NCBI GenBank assembly: GCA_963665665.1
Contig: OY762428.1
Span: 3,552,001 to 3,616,000, forward strand
From: Candidatus Kapaibacterium sp.
Lineage (GTDB): Bacteria > Bacteroidota > Ignavibacteria > Kapaibacteriales > UBA2268
Direction: 5' to 3'
Length of the DNA stretch: 64,000 nucleotides
Shown here: positions 1 to 10,108 of the stretch, one piece after another
Layout of the letters: the number at the start of each line of letters is the position of its first letter
How positions within the stretch are numbered: the stretch's first letter is position 1
Translations under genes and position numbers: made by a program
The notes under the pieces: model-generated
Told to the model about the DNA's origin: nothing
Seen by the model: the letters and a program-made list of their open reading frames with translations, nothing else
The model's database searches: none

Positions 1-42
1 TAATTTGCGATAATGTTTTTTTATGATTCCGGAGAGAAAGTA

Positions 43-1215
43 ATGCAAAATTTTATATATAATATGCCAACGAAGATATTCTTCGGCCAGGGCTCGATTG
101 ATAATTTACCCGAGGCGTTGAATGAAACAGGTACTAAAAAAGTTTTAGTATTATATGGTGGTGGCAGTATTAAAAAGAATGGAGTATATGAAGATGTCAT
201 TAATCAATTGAAAAAATCAGATGTTGAGTATTTCGAGATGTCAGGCATCAGGCCAAATCCGGTTGTTGAGGATGTTCTCGGGGCTACTGATATCTGTCGG
301 AAAAATGATATTGATTTGGTACTTGCTGTTGGTGGTGGTAGTGTTATTGACTCTGCTAAAGCAATTGCTGCTTATACACCTTATGACGGCGATATAATGG
401 ATGTTCTGACAAATAAAGTCAGGATCAATCCATTAAAAGTAGCTTCTGTTCTTACACTTGCTGCAACCGGATCAGAGATGAATGCCATAAGTGTAATCAG
501 TGCCGGGGCGAATCATAAGAAATTTGCACTGATTAACCAAAAGCTTTTCCCGGTTTTCTCAATTCTCGATCCGTCTTTTACTACTTCTGTTAACAGGCAT
601 CACACTGCTGCCGGAGCAGCAGATATTATCAGTCATTGTATGGAGCAGTATTTCCACCCGGAAACAGGAATGGAGGTACAGGACGGTATGAACGAGGGTA
701 TAATAAGGGCAATTATTAAATACGGACCGATTGCTGTAAATGAACCGGGCAATCTTGCCGCCAGGTCGGCAATTATGTGGGGAGCAACTATGGCATTTGC
801 CGGTTATCAACTTTTGCTTGGCAAGCCCAATCCTTCCTTTCCTATACATACTCTTGCTCACGAACTTTCCAGTATGTATGATATGACACACGGCCTTTCC
901 CTTGCACTGATAACACCCGCGTGGATGAAATATACAATGGAAAAATCTCCTGATTATATTTATGTTTTTGCAAATTTCGCCAGGAATGTATTTGGTATAA
1001 ATATAAATGATGAAAATAAAGCAGCCAGCAGGGGAATCAAAGAATTAAGAATATTCTATGATCAACTTGGAATACCTGCCGGTTTGAAAGAAGCCGGAGT
1101 TAATGAAGATGATATCGAAATACTTGCAAAAAGGGCAACAGAATCAAGAAAACCAGGAGCATTGGCGCTTATTGATTATAATGCCGCATTGCAAATATTT
1201 AAAAATTCACTTTGA
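43..1215 (+). CDS. Iron-containing alcohol dehydrogenase (butanol dehydrogenase/YqhD-like)
   Basis: GGGSIKKNG, AVGGGSVIDSAKAIA, TLAATGSE, DIISHCMEQY and HTLAH...HG motifs. Start moved to ATG 43, which follows a GGAGAG RBS (ORF track starts at 13). Confidence 0.9.
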   Translation: MQNFIYNMPTKIFFGQGSIDNLPEALNETGTKKVLVLYGGGSIKKNGVYEDVINQLKKSDVEYFEMSGIRPNPVVEDVLGATDICRKNDIDLVLAVGGGSVIDSAKAIAAYTPYDGDIMDVLTNKVRINPLKVASVLTLAATGSEMNAISVISAGANHKKFALINQKLFPVFSILDPSFTTSVNRHHTAAGAADIISHCMEQYFHPETGMEVQDGMNEGIIRAIIKYGPIAVNEPGNLAARSAIMWGATMAFAGYQLLLGKPNPSFPIHTLAHELSSMYDMTHGLSLALITPAWMKYTMEKSPDYIYVFANFARNVFGININDENKAASRGIKELRIFYDQLGIPAGLKEAGVNEDDIEILAKRATESRKPGALALIDYNAALQIFKNSL

Positions 1216-1238
1216 TTTATAAATTTTAATTGTTTTAC

Positions 1239-1275
1239 AAATGAGGATTGATTATTTTAAATTCAATCCTCATTT
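1239..1275 (+). terminator. Hairpin after the ADH gene, probable intrinsic terminator
   Basis: aaatgaggattga ... tcaatcctcattt, a 13-bp inverted repeat. Confidence 0.55.
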
Positions 1276-1312
1276 TGACTAAGGGGTTAATGAAATTATA
1301 TCAGGGGTTTAC

Positions 1313-3733
1313 ATGAAAAATATGTTAAAAAAAGGTTTCAATGCAACACTAATGATTTTGATTCTCATAGCTTTTATCGCTTGTGAGGAATCAGACGATT
1401 CAACTGACAATAACAAATCAAATTTGATTCAGACCGGAGATTTCAAAGTACTGTCGGAAAGTTCACTCGGAAGTTCAGGAGGAGACATTGTAGTAAGCGA
1501 TGCTGAAAGCTCCCTTGACGGCATGACCGTCAGTGCTCCGGACGGTGCTTTAAGCTCAACAAAGGAGTTCGAAGTTTCATCGGCAGAAATTGAAGGCCAC
1601 TCACTCGGAGAAAGATTCAATCCCGTAACTCCGCTTATAAGGATTAAAAACGGGGGCGAATACGCAGATGGCCCGATATTTATTGATATTCCGATAGAAA
1701 TTTCCGAAGATGAAATTCCTGCTGCTTTCTTTTTCGATGACGTTAAAGGAAACCTTGAAGTTATTCCTGTGCTTAAATACACAACAGAAAATGTTATTAT
1801 TGCTACCAGGCATTTTGCGACATCGGGAATGTATGGAAATCAATCTTCAGGCAAAATCAGGATTTTCAATGATGACTTATATGCAAATATCGTTATTTCC
1901 TCTGTAAAAAAATCAGACCTGGAAAAAGCCGGCGTATTAAACTCCGGATTTGAACCTGGCAAGGACGACTGGGAATTCCCAAATTACGGCTCTTATATCG
2001 AAAAAGGCGGTAACTGCTCCGGGCATAGCATATCTTCATTATGGTATTATGTAATGAAAAAGCCCTCTACTGATAAACAGCTTAACGGACAGTTTGATAG
2101 AACAGGGGGTAATATCTGGCAGGACAACCCGCTTGGAATCAGAATGGTGACTAAAACACAGAATGAGCAGGGATCATATTGGCATAAAATATGGGATGAT
2201 TTTAACTCTGAAATTGCAGGCACTTATGATTATGGCAGTGATTTCTACAAGGAATACCACAAGGTTGCATGGAATGCAGCTGCAGCCCAGATGTATGTTT
2301 CCGGTAAGCCCATGTACACTATCGTGTCTCAGGATGCAGGAGATTCTCATGCTGTAATAGCCTACAAAATTGATTATTCAGGTGGTAAAATATATCTTGC
2401 CGACCCGAATTTTCCGGGGAATAAAAGCCGAATGATCCAAAAAACAGGCGATAATCTCCAGCCTTACCAGTCCGGCGATAATGCCAACGATCCCGATGCC
2501 GTAAACTACACGGAATTTGCTTTCTTTGGTATGTCGGCAATGTATAACTGGAGCAAAATGGAAATCCGCTGGGCGGCACTTGAAAACAAAACAATTGGCA
2601 ACGATCTGTTCCCCACGCTGGAATACACGCTCAGTGGCCCTGAGGGAGAATCAGAACTGGGAGAGTCAATTCCTTTTGATACTGAAAATGATTATGCCAT
2701 TGCCTGCAGGGTAACTCCCCGCACCGGTGCGCCATTCGACGGCGGAGTGATAGTTTACAACGGGGAAACCAACATTGCGCAGAACGATGATAGTAAATGG
2801 GCGAACCTGTCAATGACAAATGAAGAAAACAATAAAACCCTTGGCATCTGGGTTTGGCAGATGAACGACGGCGTAAAAGAATGGATTGATTTCCGGTGGG
2901 TTTCAGTTTCCGAATTAAGAATTGAACCTGATGTTTTGAACGGAGAAAAAGACCAGGAATACGAATGGGAAGCCGTTATTGCCAACCCGCCGGCAAACGC
3001 CCGTTATGAATGGAACTTCGGGGACGGCAGTGCCACTGAAATTGTTAAGAATAATAAAAAAGTAAGCCACACATATAAGGAAAACGGGGTATTTCCGGTT
3101 ATTCTTGAACTTTATGACGATGCAAGTGGCCAGTTTGCAGGTGTAGCCACTGCCTATGCAAATATTGGTGCAGGATTTATTGATAGTACCTACCAGGAAG
3201 AACTCTATTGGCTTTATCCTGTTGATGAAGACCCAACACTCGTTGTTGATGTGAACGGCGTTGTTAACGCCCCCGAATTAGAGTTCATGAATGTTTATCG
3301 TTCAACAGGTGGTGTGCCTACAATGTATATCTATAAAGCTAAGAGCGGCGGTGAATTCAATATTGAACTCAATATCGATCATAGCTTTAAAACAAAGAAA
3401 ATGAGCTACGAAACAGGCCAGTATTACGGCGTTTTCAAATACGACTGGGAATTTGAAACCGTCCACGACAATCTGACTTCATTTATTAATGACGGTTCAG
3501 ATAATCTTACTAATATCAATATCACAAAAAATGACAGTACTGGCAAAAGATACGTCCTGAGGGGAACAGTTCCCAAGGACAAGGATGTAAATTTGATGCT
3601 AATTATTTATGCGAAGTATAAATATCTCGAGAAGGAATATTACCGTGAAGACGATGGTACCGAGACAACCAATACTTATGATGAAGACGGACAGTGGCAC
3701 ACTGTAGCAATATCAATTCAATTTAAGAAATAA
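1313..3733 (+). CDS. Large lipoprotein with a putative papain-like catalytic region and a PKD domain
   Basis: Lipobox FIAC; GNC/SHAV/LADPN motifs; YEWNFGDGS PKD motif. Confidence 0.7.
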   Translation: MKNMLKKGFNATLMILILIAFIACEESDDSTDNNKSNLIQTGDFKVLSESSLGSSGGDIVVSDAESSLDGMTVSAPDGALSSTKEFEVSSAEIEGHSLGERFNPVTPLIRIKNGGEYADGPIFIDIPIEISEDEIPAAFFFDDVKGNLEVIPVLKYTTENVIIATRHFATSGMYGNQSSGKIRIFNDDLYANIVISSVKKSDLEKAGVLNSGFEPGKDDWEFPNYGSYIEKGGNCSGHSISSLWYYVMKKPSTDKQLNGQFDRTGGNIWQDNPLGIRMVTKTQNEQGSYWHKIWDDFNSEIAGTYDYGSDFYKEYHKVAWNAAAAQMYVSGKPMYTIVSQDAGDSHAVIAYKIDYSGGKIYLADPNFPGNKSRMIQKTGDNLQPYQSGDNANDPDAVNYTEFAFFGMSAMYNWSKMEIRWAALENKTIGNDLFPTLEYTLSGPEGESELGESIPFDTENDYAIACRVTPRTGAPFDGGVIVYNGETNIAQNDDSKWANLSMTNEENNKTLGIWVWQMNDGVKEWIDFRWVSVSELRIEPDVLNGEKDQEYEWEAVIANPPANARYEWNFGDGSATEIVKNNKKVSHTYKENGVFPVILELYDDASGQFAGVATAYANIGAGFIDSTYQEELYWLYPVDEDPTLVVDVNGVVNAPELEFMNVYRSTGGVPTMYIYKAKSGGEFNIELNIDHSFKTKKMSYETGQYYGVFKYDWEFETVHDNLTSFINDGSDNLTNINITKNDSTGKRYVLRGTVPKDKDVNLMLIIYAKYKYLEKEYYREDDGTETTNTYDEDGQWHTVAISIQFKK

Positions 3734-3761
3734 TATAAATATTTAATTTTGAGAATAAAAT

Positions 3762-3796
3762 AATTCATCCGATCACTTCAAGTGATCGGATGAATT
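3762..3796. terminator. Near-perfect 35-bp palindrome between convergent genes (bidirectional terminator or REP-like)
   Basis: aattcatccgatcactt-c-aagtgatcggatgaatt, 17-bp arms, flanked by A and T tracts. Confidence 0.7.
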
Positions 3797-3844
3797 TTTC
3801 TTTGCAAACTTTCCAAAGGTTTTTCAATTTACCACAAATCATTA

Positions 3845-4849
3845 TCAGTCTTTCCTGATAACCACCAGGCCTTCATCTTCATCGGCAATGTATATATAGT
3901 TGCCCTTTATATCAATACCCATGGCGTATTTTGTTTCTACTGAACCTGATAGTAGAGGATTCATCGGATCAACAACCGAAAATACTTTCAAACCTCTTGT
4001 TTCAGTAGTCATATAAACAAGTCCGTTGCTGTACAAAATTTCTTTAGCATATCCACCCGGATCGTAGGATGCAATATGTTCCGGGTTTTCTTTATCTGTG
4101 ATATCTACAACCTGCAGTCCGAGAGTTCCGCAGGCAGCATATACTTTGTTGTTAGTTTCATCCACAGTAATATCATTGCAGTAGCCGGGCAGGTCAACCC
4201 AGCCGATACGCAGAGCGGCTGATGTAGTGTATGCGTCCTCCACCTGGCTGATATCGTAAATAGCAAGGCCCATTTCACCAACAGCAACATACATGTAATT
4301 TCCGTCAGAGCTTGATTTAAGGCTCTGGCAATATCCGGGCGTACCAACCTGTCCGCCGGCATCGGGGAACATTACATTGGAAATATCGGCAGCCTTGAAA
4401 CCCCTTTCGCTGGTAGCAGTGAAAAGGATATTATCTTTAATGCAGAAATTCATAGCCGGGCTGATAGAAGTAAGGTTAGCATCAATATCTATGGGCCTGA
4501 CAGGATCGCTAATGTCAATCACATTTACACCAAATCCTCCTGCTGCAAGGTAAACGCCGTTACCGGAATAATCAATTTTTTTTGAGTAACCTCTTAAACC
4601 TGTCAGCAATGAAGACATTGCTAAGGGGTTCTCAGGATCGGATATGTTAAACACCTGAAGGCCTCCTTCTCCCTGGGCCATAAGCACAAGGCTGTCTTTA
4701 ACTATCAGATCCTGGGCATATCCCGGAACCTGTATTTTAGCAACTATAGTATAGCTTCCGGTTATTGTTCCAACATCGTCAGGGTCGCTCGGCTGGATAC
4801 ATGAAACCATAATTGCTGAGATAAGTAGCATTGATAATAGATATTTCAT
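3845..4849 (-). CDS. LVIVD-repeat beta-propeller lipoprotein
   Basis: Lipobox MVSC; repeated GLQVFNISDPENP / GVNVIDISDP / GLQVVDITDKENP / YIYIADEDEGLVV units. Confidence 0.85.
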   Translation of the reverse strand: MKYLLSMLLISAIMVSCIQPSDPDDVGTITGSYTIVAKIQVPGYAQDLIVKDSLVLMAQGEGGLQVFNISDPENPLAMSSLLTGLRGYSKKIDYSGNGVYLAAGGFGVNVIDISDPVRPIDIDANLTSISPAMNFCIKDNILFTATSERGFKAADISNVMFPDAGGQVGTPGYCQSLKSSSDGNYMYVAVGEMGLAIYDISQVEDAYTTSAALRIGWVDLPGYCNDITVDETNNKVYAACGTLGLQVVDITDKENPEHIASYDPGGYAKEILYSNGLVYMTTETRGLKVFSVVDPMNPLLSGSVETKYAMGIDIKGNYIYIADEDEGLVVIRKD

Positions 4850-4897
4850 TTTTAATGTCCTGTATTTTATTAATATTATTCTTTTTTTTAAAAAACC

Positions 4898-5024
4898 GGA
4901 TGTATCATTATTCTGATCCTTTGAAATTTGTCATTCTGAACGAAGTGAAGAATCCAGTTTTTATATGGGTTTTGGATTCTTCGCTGCGACCGTAATGACT
5001 GCTTTTCATGCTTTCGAGACATCC
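4898..5024 (-). mobile_element. ~127-bp MITE-like repeat, copy 1 (inverted relative to the copy at 15553)
   Basis: Ends ggatgtatc...gagacatcc form imperfect terminal inverted repeats; internal GTCATTCTGA-CGAAG-GAAGAATCC hairpin; the reverse complement aligns with 15553-15680 over the full length. Confidence 0.75.
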
Positions 5025-5035
5025 ATCTATTGAAA

Positions 5036-6142
5036 CTATAATTTTATCAAATATTCAAAATTCAAACCTACCCTGTACTGGGAAAATTCTTTTTCTTCCT
5101 TTATTGCCTCGTCATTCAAACCTGATTCAGAACCGCTTTGCCTGGTATAATAATCAAATGTAAGGCCAGTGCGGAAGTTCCTGAAAACAGCTTTTGAAAA
5201 ATCAAAGGACAGGTAGTGGATAATATCAGTTCTTCCCGGGTGATACGGATCGTCACTTATCGGCCTTTCCGATGAAAATACGCTGCGGCGGAATTGGTAT
5301 GTAAGATTTGCTTTTGCATCTTTAAGGATTTTTTTTGGTAACTTATATGTAAAGCCTATATTAAACCTTTCATTATCGTACGAGGCATCCGCATCATCGG
5401 CAACAGGGAAGATTTCGCTTACTTCGTCATGAGCTTCAGCATCTGATTTAGTATATCTGAAATAAGCTATCATATTCAATGAGGGCGAAAATCTGTGGTA
5501 TATCTTTCCCTGGAATTCCATATTCTTGCTGTCGTATTCCCTGAAAAATTTATTATGGTAATACCTGAGATATCCTATTGAAGCATATAGAAAAGTTGAG
5601 CTGAATATTTTATATCGCCCTTCCAATTCATATTTGTCCCTGGCAAATTCGAAGGGTTTGAAAGTTTCATCCTTGTATCCGTAAATATCTGTATAATCAA
5701 AATCCCTGTAATGCCTTACGTAATAATCAGGTATTACATCGTAAAGAAAGCCAAGGCGGAATTTCATTGTCTGAAGTTTTACTCCGGCGTTAAACTTATA
5801 CCAGTCTTTGATCGGGTTATTGGCATAATTGTTTGCAGATAGTCCGAGATCGAAATATAGTGTTCGGTTTCTCTTCATTTTAAAGGAAGCATTGTAGGAA
5901 AAATCGCTTCGTATAAAAAAATCATCAAAAGAATTAATATGAAAACGTGCTTCGTCCTCGCCATTTTCATACCTTTCTTTATATTTATCCGAATACCTGA
6001 GTATGTTGTTATCATACATAGGATTTAATTTCAGGCTTAATTCATGCTTGAAATTATCGGCCTTTTTCTTCTTTGATTTTTTTGCAGAAAAAGAAGGTGT
6101 TAAAGTAATAATCAGCAGCAATAATACGATTATATTTTTCAT
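5036..6142 (-). CDS. Putative outer-membrane beta-barrel protein of the PGA locus
   Basis: Signal peptide, alternating aromatic beta-strands, C-terminal strand VGLNFEYLIKL; overlaps the upstream gene by 4 nt. Confidence 0.7.
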   Translation of the reverse strand: MKNIIVLLLLIITLTPSFSAKKSKKKKADNFKHELSLKLNPMYDNNILRYSDKYKERYENGEDEARFHINSFDDFFIRSDFSYNASFKMKRNRTLYFDLGLSANNYANNPIKDWYKFNAGVKLQTMKFRLGFLYDVIPDYYVRHYRDFDYTDIYGYKDETFKPFEFARDKYELEGRYKIFSSTFLYASIGYLRYYHNKFFREYDSKNMEFQGKIYHRFSPSLNMIAYFRYTKSDAEAHDEVSEIFPVADDADASYDNERFNIGFTYKLPKKILKDAKANLTYQFRRSVFSSERPISDDPYHPGRTDIIHYLSFDFSKAVFRNFRTGLTFDYYTRQSGSESGLNDEAIKEEKEFSQYRVGLNFEYLIKL

Positions 6143-7038
6143 CTTTTAAGCCTTGTATCCTTTCTCGGGAATAGTATATTGGCAAGTACCGAACCTTTGT
6201 CCTTATCAAGCGGGTAAATCCTGTAAACATGTTTACCCTTTGGCACGTCAATAAGAATTTCTCTTGCCTTGCCCGGAGTTAGTTCGTCATTATCAGCATA
6301 ATATGTTACATCAGACTTAACGCTCGAAAGCTGATATGTGTTTTTTACTTTCCCGTCTTCTTTTACCTGTATCCTGTAATGAACCCGTCCTCTCATATCG
6401 TAGCTGTTTTCCATACGTGTAAGAATCCGTACTTTCGTTGGGCCAATAATTTTGATTTCGAGCGGTTTCTTATATGAAAACCGGTAATACTGGTAAGAAC
6501 CTTCTTTTACGATCAGCTCCACCATTTCTGATTTTGAACTTGGCTCCAGGTCTGTCCATCTCTCTTTTTCTGTTTTACCCTTTTCAAATAAAAACCTTGC
6601 AATAGTTTTTCCCGATGCAGAACTGATCCTGATCTTAATTGTGTGGTAGCCGCGTCCAAGTTTTATTTTAAAAGGTTTATTAACAGACGGCCTGCCAAGA
6701 GATTTTACTTTGAAACGGGATTTTTTTGAAACAGAAGGGCCTTCTATTTTTATAGTTTTGAAAGGGGAACCGTCAACAGAATATTGAATTGTATAACCTT
6801 TTCCTTTAGCACTTTTCAGGATTTCCCTTGTATTCACTTTCAACGTACCGGGGCCGCGAAGGTTCAGCAGGGTCTCCTTCGATGAAGACAGCCTGTAATA
6901 TTTGAATTTTTTTCCGTTAGAAATTACAGTAACAAGCCTGTTCTTTTTGGCAGGTTTTACAGTTTTATACTTTGCCCCGGCAACTGAAAAAAGCATTAAG
7001 GCAGTAAAAACATATATAATTAAATTTCTGATTTTCAT
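6139..7038 (-). CDS. Secreted Lys/Arg-rich protein with two tandem homologous beta domains
   Basis: Signal peptide (VAGA|K); internal repeat YYRLS..GPGTLKVNTR vs YYRFS..GPTKVRILTR. Confidence 0.7.
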   Translation of the reverse strand: MKIRNLIIYVFTALMLFSVAGAKYKTVKPAKKNRLVTVISNGKKFKYYRLSSSKETLLNLRGPGTLKVNTREILKSAKGKGYTIQYSVDGSPFKTIKIEGPSVSKKSRFKVKSLGRPSVNKPFKIKLGRGYHTIKIRISSASGKTIARFLFEKGKTEKERWTDLEPSSKSEMVELIVKEGSYQYYRFSYKKPLEIKIIGPTKVRILTRMENSYDMRGRVHYRIQVKEDGKVKNTYQLSSVKSDVTYYADNDELTPGKAREILIDVPKGKHVYRIYPLDKDKGSVLANILFPRKDTRLKR

Positions 7039-7121
7039 AACAAATTCACCCTTTTCATTTATTTTCCTTTACCGGAAATACTGTCCGGAACGGTATAATT
7101 AAAATTTTTTGATTCGTTTTT

Positions 7122-8234
7122 TTACAATGTAAAAGTATCGTCGTCATTTTCTAAACCGAATCGTTTCCTGTCCTTATAGACAACGAATCCTAAAATTCCT
7201 GCAAATATAACAGTTACAATCAAAACTACTATAACATTATATTTTTCCCTGGAAAAAATTTCTCCCTCTCCGGGAAGCGGCAGAGGCTCGGGACTTTTAG
7301 GGAGCTTGAATTTATAAAGAAGCCTGTTAATATTCAGCAAATGTATTATCGGAATTCCTCTTTCTCCAAGGATAGTAAGCACACCCCTTGCGGGATAATT
7401 CCTTTCGGGAAGCTGCATTGTCAGGCCGGGTTCAATCATGTCAGAGTTAATAGAACTGCCAAGGCTTGCTATGCCACCGCCGATATTAATATACACATCC
7501 GGGCCGCCCGACCCGCACAGGCTGTCAAAAATTGCAATTCTTTTTGCAACGCTTTCCCGCAAGTCTTTTTCGTATATCATAGGAATATTATTCCTGCTAA
7601 TGGCATCAACAATCATTTCCCTGCCCCTCGGGCTTAATCCGCGGCCAATATCTCTTCCTCCGCCAATTGATGCTGCAACAGAGCGGTGTTTTATTATCCT
7701 GCTATCAAATAGGAACTTCTCCATATCAGGCCAGGTAAAATGGGGATCGTTTGCTCCATAATCCGAAGCTCCGACAGAACTTATTATTATCGGTTCCGCG
7801 CCAATCGTTTCAATTGCAGCTATTGCTGCTATATTCAGTGCCGGGAAAGAACCTGTCATCCCAACGGCAACTTTTGAATTTTTTGTTATACCGGCATCTT
7901 TCAGCATTATTACAACGGCAGCGGCAAAATTGGGATTTGTTGAAGACAACTTCGCCTCAATATCTCCCTGATCAGTGGTTATATGAGTATATTTTTGTCC
8001 TATCAGTGCCGTACCGTTAGGATCGTTTACGTTATCAATAAAAATTCCCTTTTCCAGCCTGTGCTCTTTAATTGCTTCCCTTGCCTTATCCGCTGTTTCC
8101 GCGGCTGCAAGCATCGCATTATAATATTCAGGCTTTACATTTTCGCGGCTGTATTCAACAATCAGGAAAGCCCCGATAGCGAGCGCCGCCAAAACTGCAA
8201 GAACAATATTCGATCTTAAACTAATCATCATCAA
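7122..8234 (-). CDS. pgsW: Poly-gamma-glutamate system protein (TIGR04332-like)
   Basis: NDPNGTALIG..ITTDQG..AKLSSTNPNFAA, GMTGSFPALNIA, SSVGASDYGAN, INIGGG motifs; N- and C-terminal TM segments; next to pgsBC. Confidence 0.8.
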   Translation of the reverse strand: MMMISLRSNIVLAVLAALAIGAFLIVEYSRENVKPEYYNAMLAAAETADKAREAIKEHRLEKGIFIDNVNDPNGTALIGQKYTHITTDQGDIEAKLSSTNPNFAAAVVIMLKDAGITKNSKVAVGMTGSFPALNIAAIAAIETIGAEPIIISSVGASDYGANDPHFTWPDMEKFLFDSRIIKHRSVAASIGGGRDIGRGLSPRGREMIVDAISRNNIPMIYEKDLRESVAKRIAIFDSLCGSGGPDVYINIGGGIASLGSSINSDMIEPGLTMQLPERNYPARGVLTILGERGIPIIHLLNINRLLYKFKLPKSPEPLPLPGEGEIFSREKYNVIVVLIVTVIFAGILGFVVYKDRKRFGLENDDDTFTL

Positions 8235-8458
8235 TCTTCAACCTGCTTTTCAAATCTTTTGTAACCCAAAATGAGTTTTTATTACTCATACCAATATATA
8301 ATTACATTTATTGAATCTGCTTATCGGAGTCTCCGTATTCCAATGCAATTCAGGGGAAGTATTTCCCATATTTTTATCTTTCTGATAAGATATCCGAAAG
8401 AGTTTTTTCAACTTATTTTCAATAAAAATTCACCCAAATAAAATCTGCTCAATATATA

Positions 8459-8911
8459 CTATTGCGGCAGTAATTCGCCATTATATAGTAAAATAACTAA
8501 CAACCTGACAAGTACGGAAGTGATTATCAATACGCAGCTTGTTCGTATTATCCCCTGCTTGCTGAACCAATGAGCAATAAGCCCCGGTATTACCCATCCC
8601 ATTGCGGAAAGTTCAATTACTCCCGAACCCAGGTCGAAATGAAAAAAATACCTTGACAGGTTGGCAAGCAGACAGCCGATAAGCAGGCTGAGTACCATCT
8701 GTCTTCTACCATATAGAAAAGTATATTCAGCAGCTATTTTAATTATAAAATATGTCAGAATACTGACAAGGAAAGTTCCTGCCATTTTCCAGGCGTCAGC
8801 CATCTGCAAAGCAATATATCCCGGAACAACAATGCCGCCTGCCGCAAAACCAAAAATTTCATAGGATATAAGGCTGAGAAACAATCCAAGCGTAATAGCC
8901 ATTTCAATCAT
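8459..8911 (-). CDS. pgsC: Poly-gamma-glutamate biosynthesis protein PgsC/CapC
   Basis: AGGIVVPGYIAL, LYGRR and GWVIPGLIAHW motifs; 150-aa hydrophobic protein overlapping the pgsB stop. Confidence 0.92.
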   Translation of the reverse strand: MIEMAITLGLFLSLISYEIFGFAAGGIVVPGYIALQMADAWKMAGTFLVSILTYFIIKIAAEYTFLYGRRQMVLSLLIGCLLANLSRYFFHFDLGSGVIELSAMGWVIPGLIAHWFSKQGIIRTSCVLIITSVLVRLLVILLYNGELLPQ

Positions 8912-10095
8912 TTTGCAAGGCTCCTTTCCATAAAATAATCTGAAGTAACAGCGCCAATGCCGCCCATATTTCCGAAAGCAACTATACCGGCATTACCGTT
9001 AGTCGCTTCAAGAACTTTATTATATACTTCCTCAGGTTCTTTCCATCCGATATTAACAATTTTATTCTTTTCCATTCCGTATTTCTTTGCCATACTTTCA
9101 ACAACTGCTGTTGACTGTCCTATAAGTATCATCATGTCAATTTCACTATCAAGTTTTTTAGCACTCATTTCAGCAAGCTGTTTTGCCCTTTCCAGTCTGT
9201 CCTGCCTTGTATTCAGCAGGATACATTTCTTACCGGAAAGGCCGTATTCATCGCTTATCTTTCTCCATATCATAAATGAAGAATCGGGATCGTTCGCAGC
9301 AAGAGCATTGTAGAAAGTTACTTTTCCATTATCTGTGTTTATTACAAATCGTCTAAGAACACCGGCATCAGGAATAGCCCTGTACATACCCTTCAAAGCC
9401 TTTTCGTTTTCAATTCCGCAATGTTTGCAAACATCAAGAGCTATTGCTACATTTTCCTTGTGCTCAATATACGAGAATCCCTCCATGATTTCATCACTGA
9501 TTTTTTCATCACTGCAATGATGGAGCATAGTATTTTTCGATTCGCATATCTTTTTGAAAACCGGGAGCCATTTGTTTTCAGCGGTAAAGAAATCCTTACC
9601 GGCAGGAATAGTTCCTGAAAGCGATTCAACAACATCCCTGACCGTGGGCCCCATAACGTCAAGATGGTCTGCCCTGGCATTTGTGATAACACCAATCGTA
9701 GCATGGATCATTTTGTTTTCGGTGATTTGCTGATATTCAGGATCAAGAGCCATACACTCGATAATAAGTGCCTGCGCTTTTTTGGCAGCGGCGTATTTAA
9801 CGATTGATTTTTGCTCAATAATATTTGCATAACCTTTACGATGAATTTCCATTTCCGATCCGTCATCAACGATAAGTCTCGGATATGTGCCAGTCACTTT
9901 GGTTATTGTTTTGATTCCTCCCTCGCGCAATCCGGCTCCTATAAGCCGGGTTACGCTGGATTTTCCACGCGTACCGTTAATATGGACGCGGATAGGAATA
10001 GAGAAGATATTTTTCTGGTGCCTGTAATATTCAACGGCCCCAACAACAACAGCAATTAGCAGAAATGCTGATAAGAGAAATATCGTGTATATCAT
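8908..10095 (-). CDS. pgsB: Poly-gamma-glutamate synthase PgsB/CapB (Mur-ligase fold)
   Basis: RVHINGTRGKSSVTRLI P-loop, ECMAL, TNARADHLDVMGP, AANDPDSS, GNMGGIG. Confidence 0.95.
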   Translation of the reverse strand: MIYTIFLLSAFLLIAVVVGAVEYYRHQKNIFSIPIRVHINGTRGKSSVTRLIGAGLREGGIKTITKVTGTYPRLIVDDGSEMEIHRKGYANIIEQKSIVKYAAAKKAQALIIECMALDPEYQQITENKMIHATIGVITNARADHLDVMGPTVRDVVESLSGTIPAGKDFFTAENKWLPVFKKICESKNTMLHHCSDEKISDEIMEGFSYIEHKENVAIALDVCKHCGIENEKALKGMYRAIPDAGVLRRFVINTDNGKVTFYNALAANDPDSSFMIWRKISDEYGLSGKKCILLNTRQDRLERAKQLAEMSAKKLDSEIDMMILIGQSTAVVESMAKKYGMEKNKIVNIGWKEPEEVYNKVLEATNGNAGIVAFGNMGGIGAVTSDYFMERSLAK

Positions 10096-10108
10096 ACTTC
10101 ACTGCCTG

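Noticed and set aside
8235-8458. Possible hidden pgsE/capE-like small gene in the pgsC-pgsW gap
   Set aside because: The minus-strand ORFs I found (about 41, 27 and 22 aa) are hydrophilic, lack a TM helix and have no clear RBS
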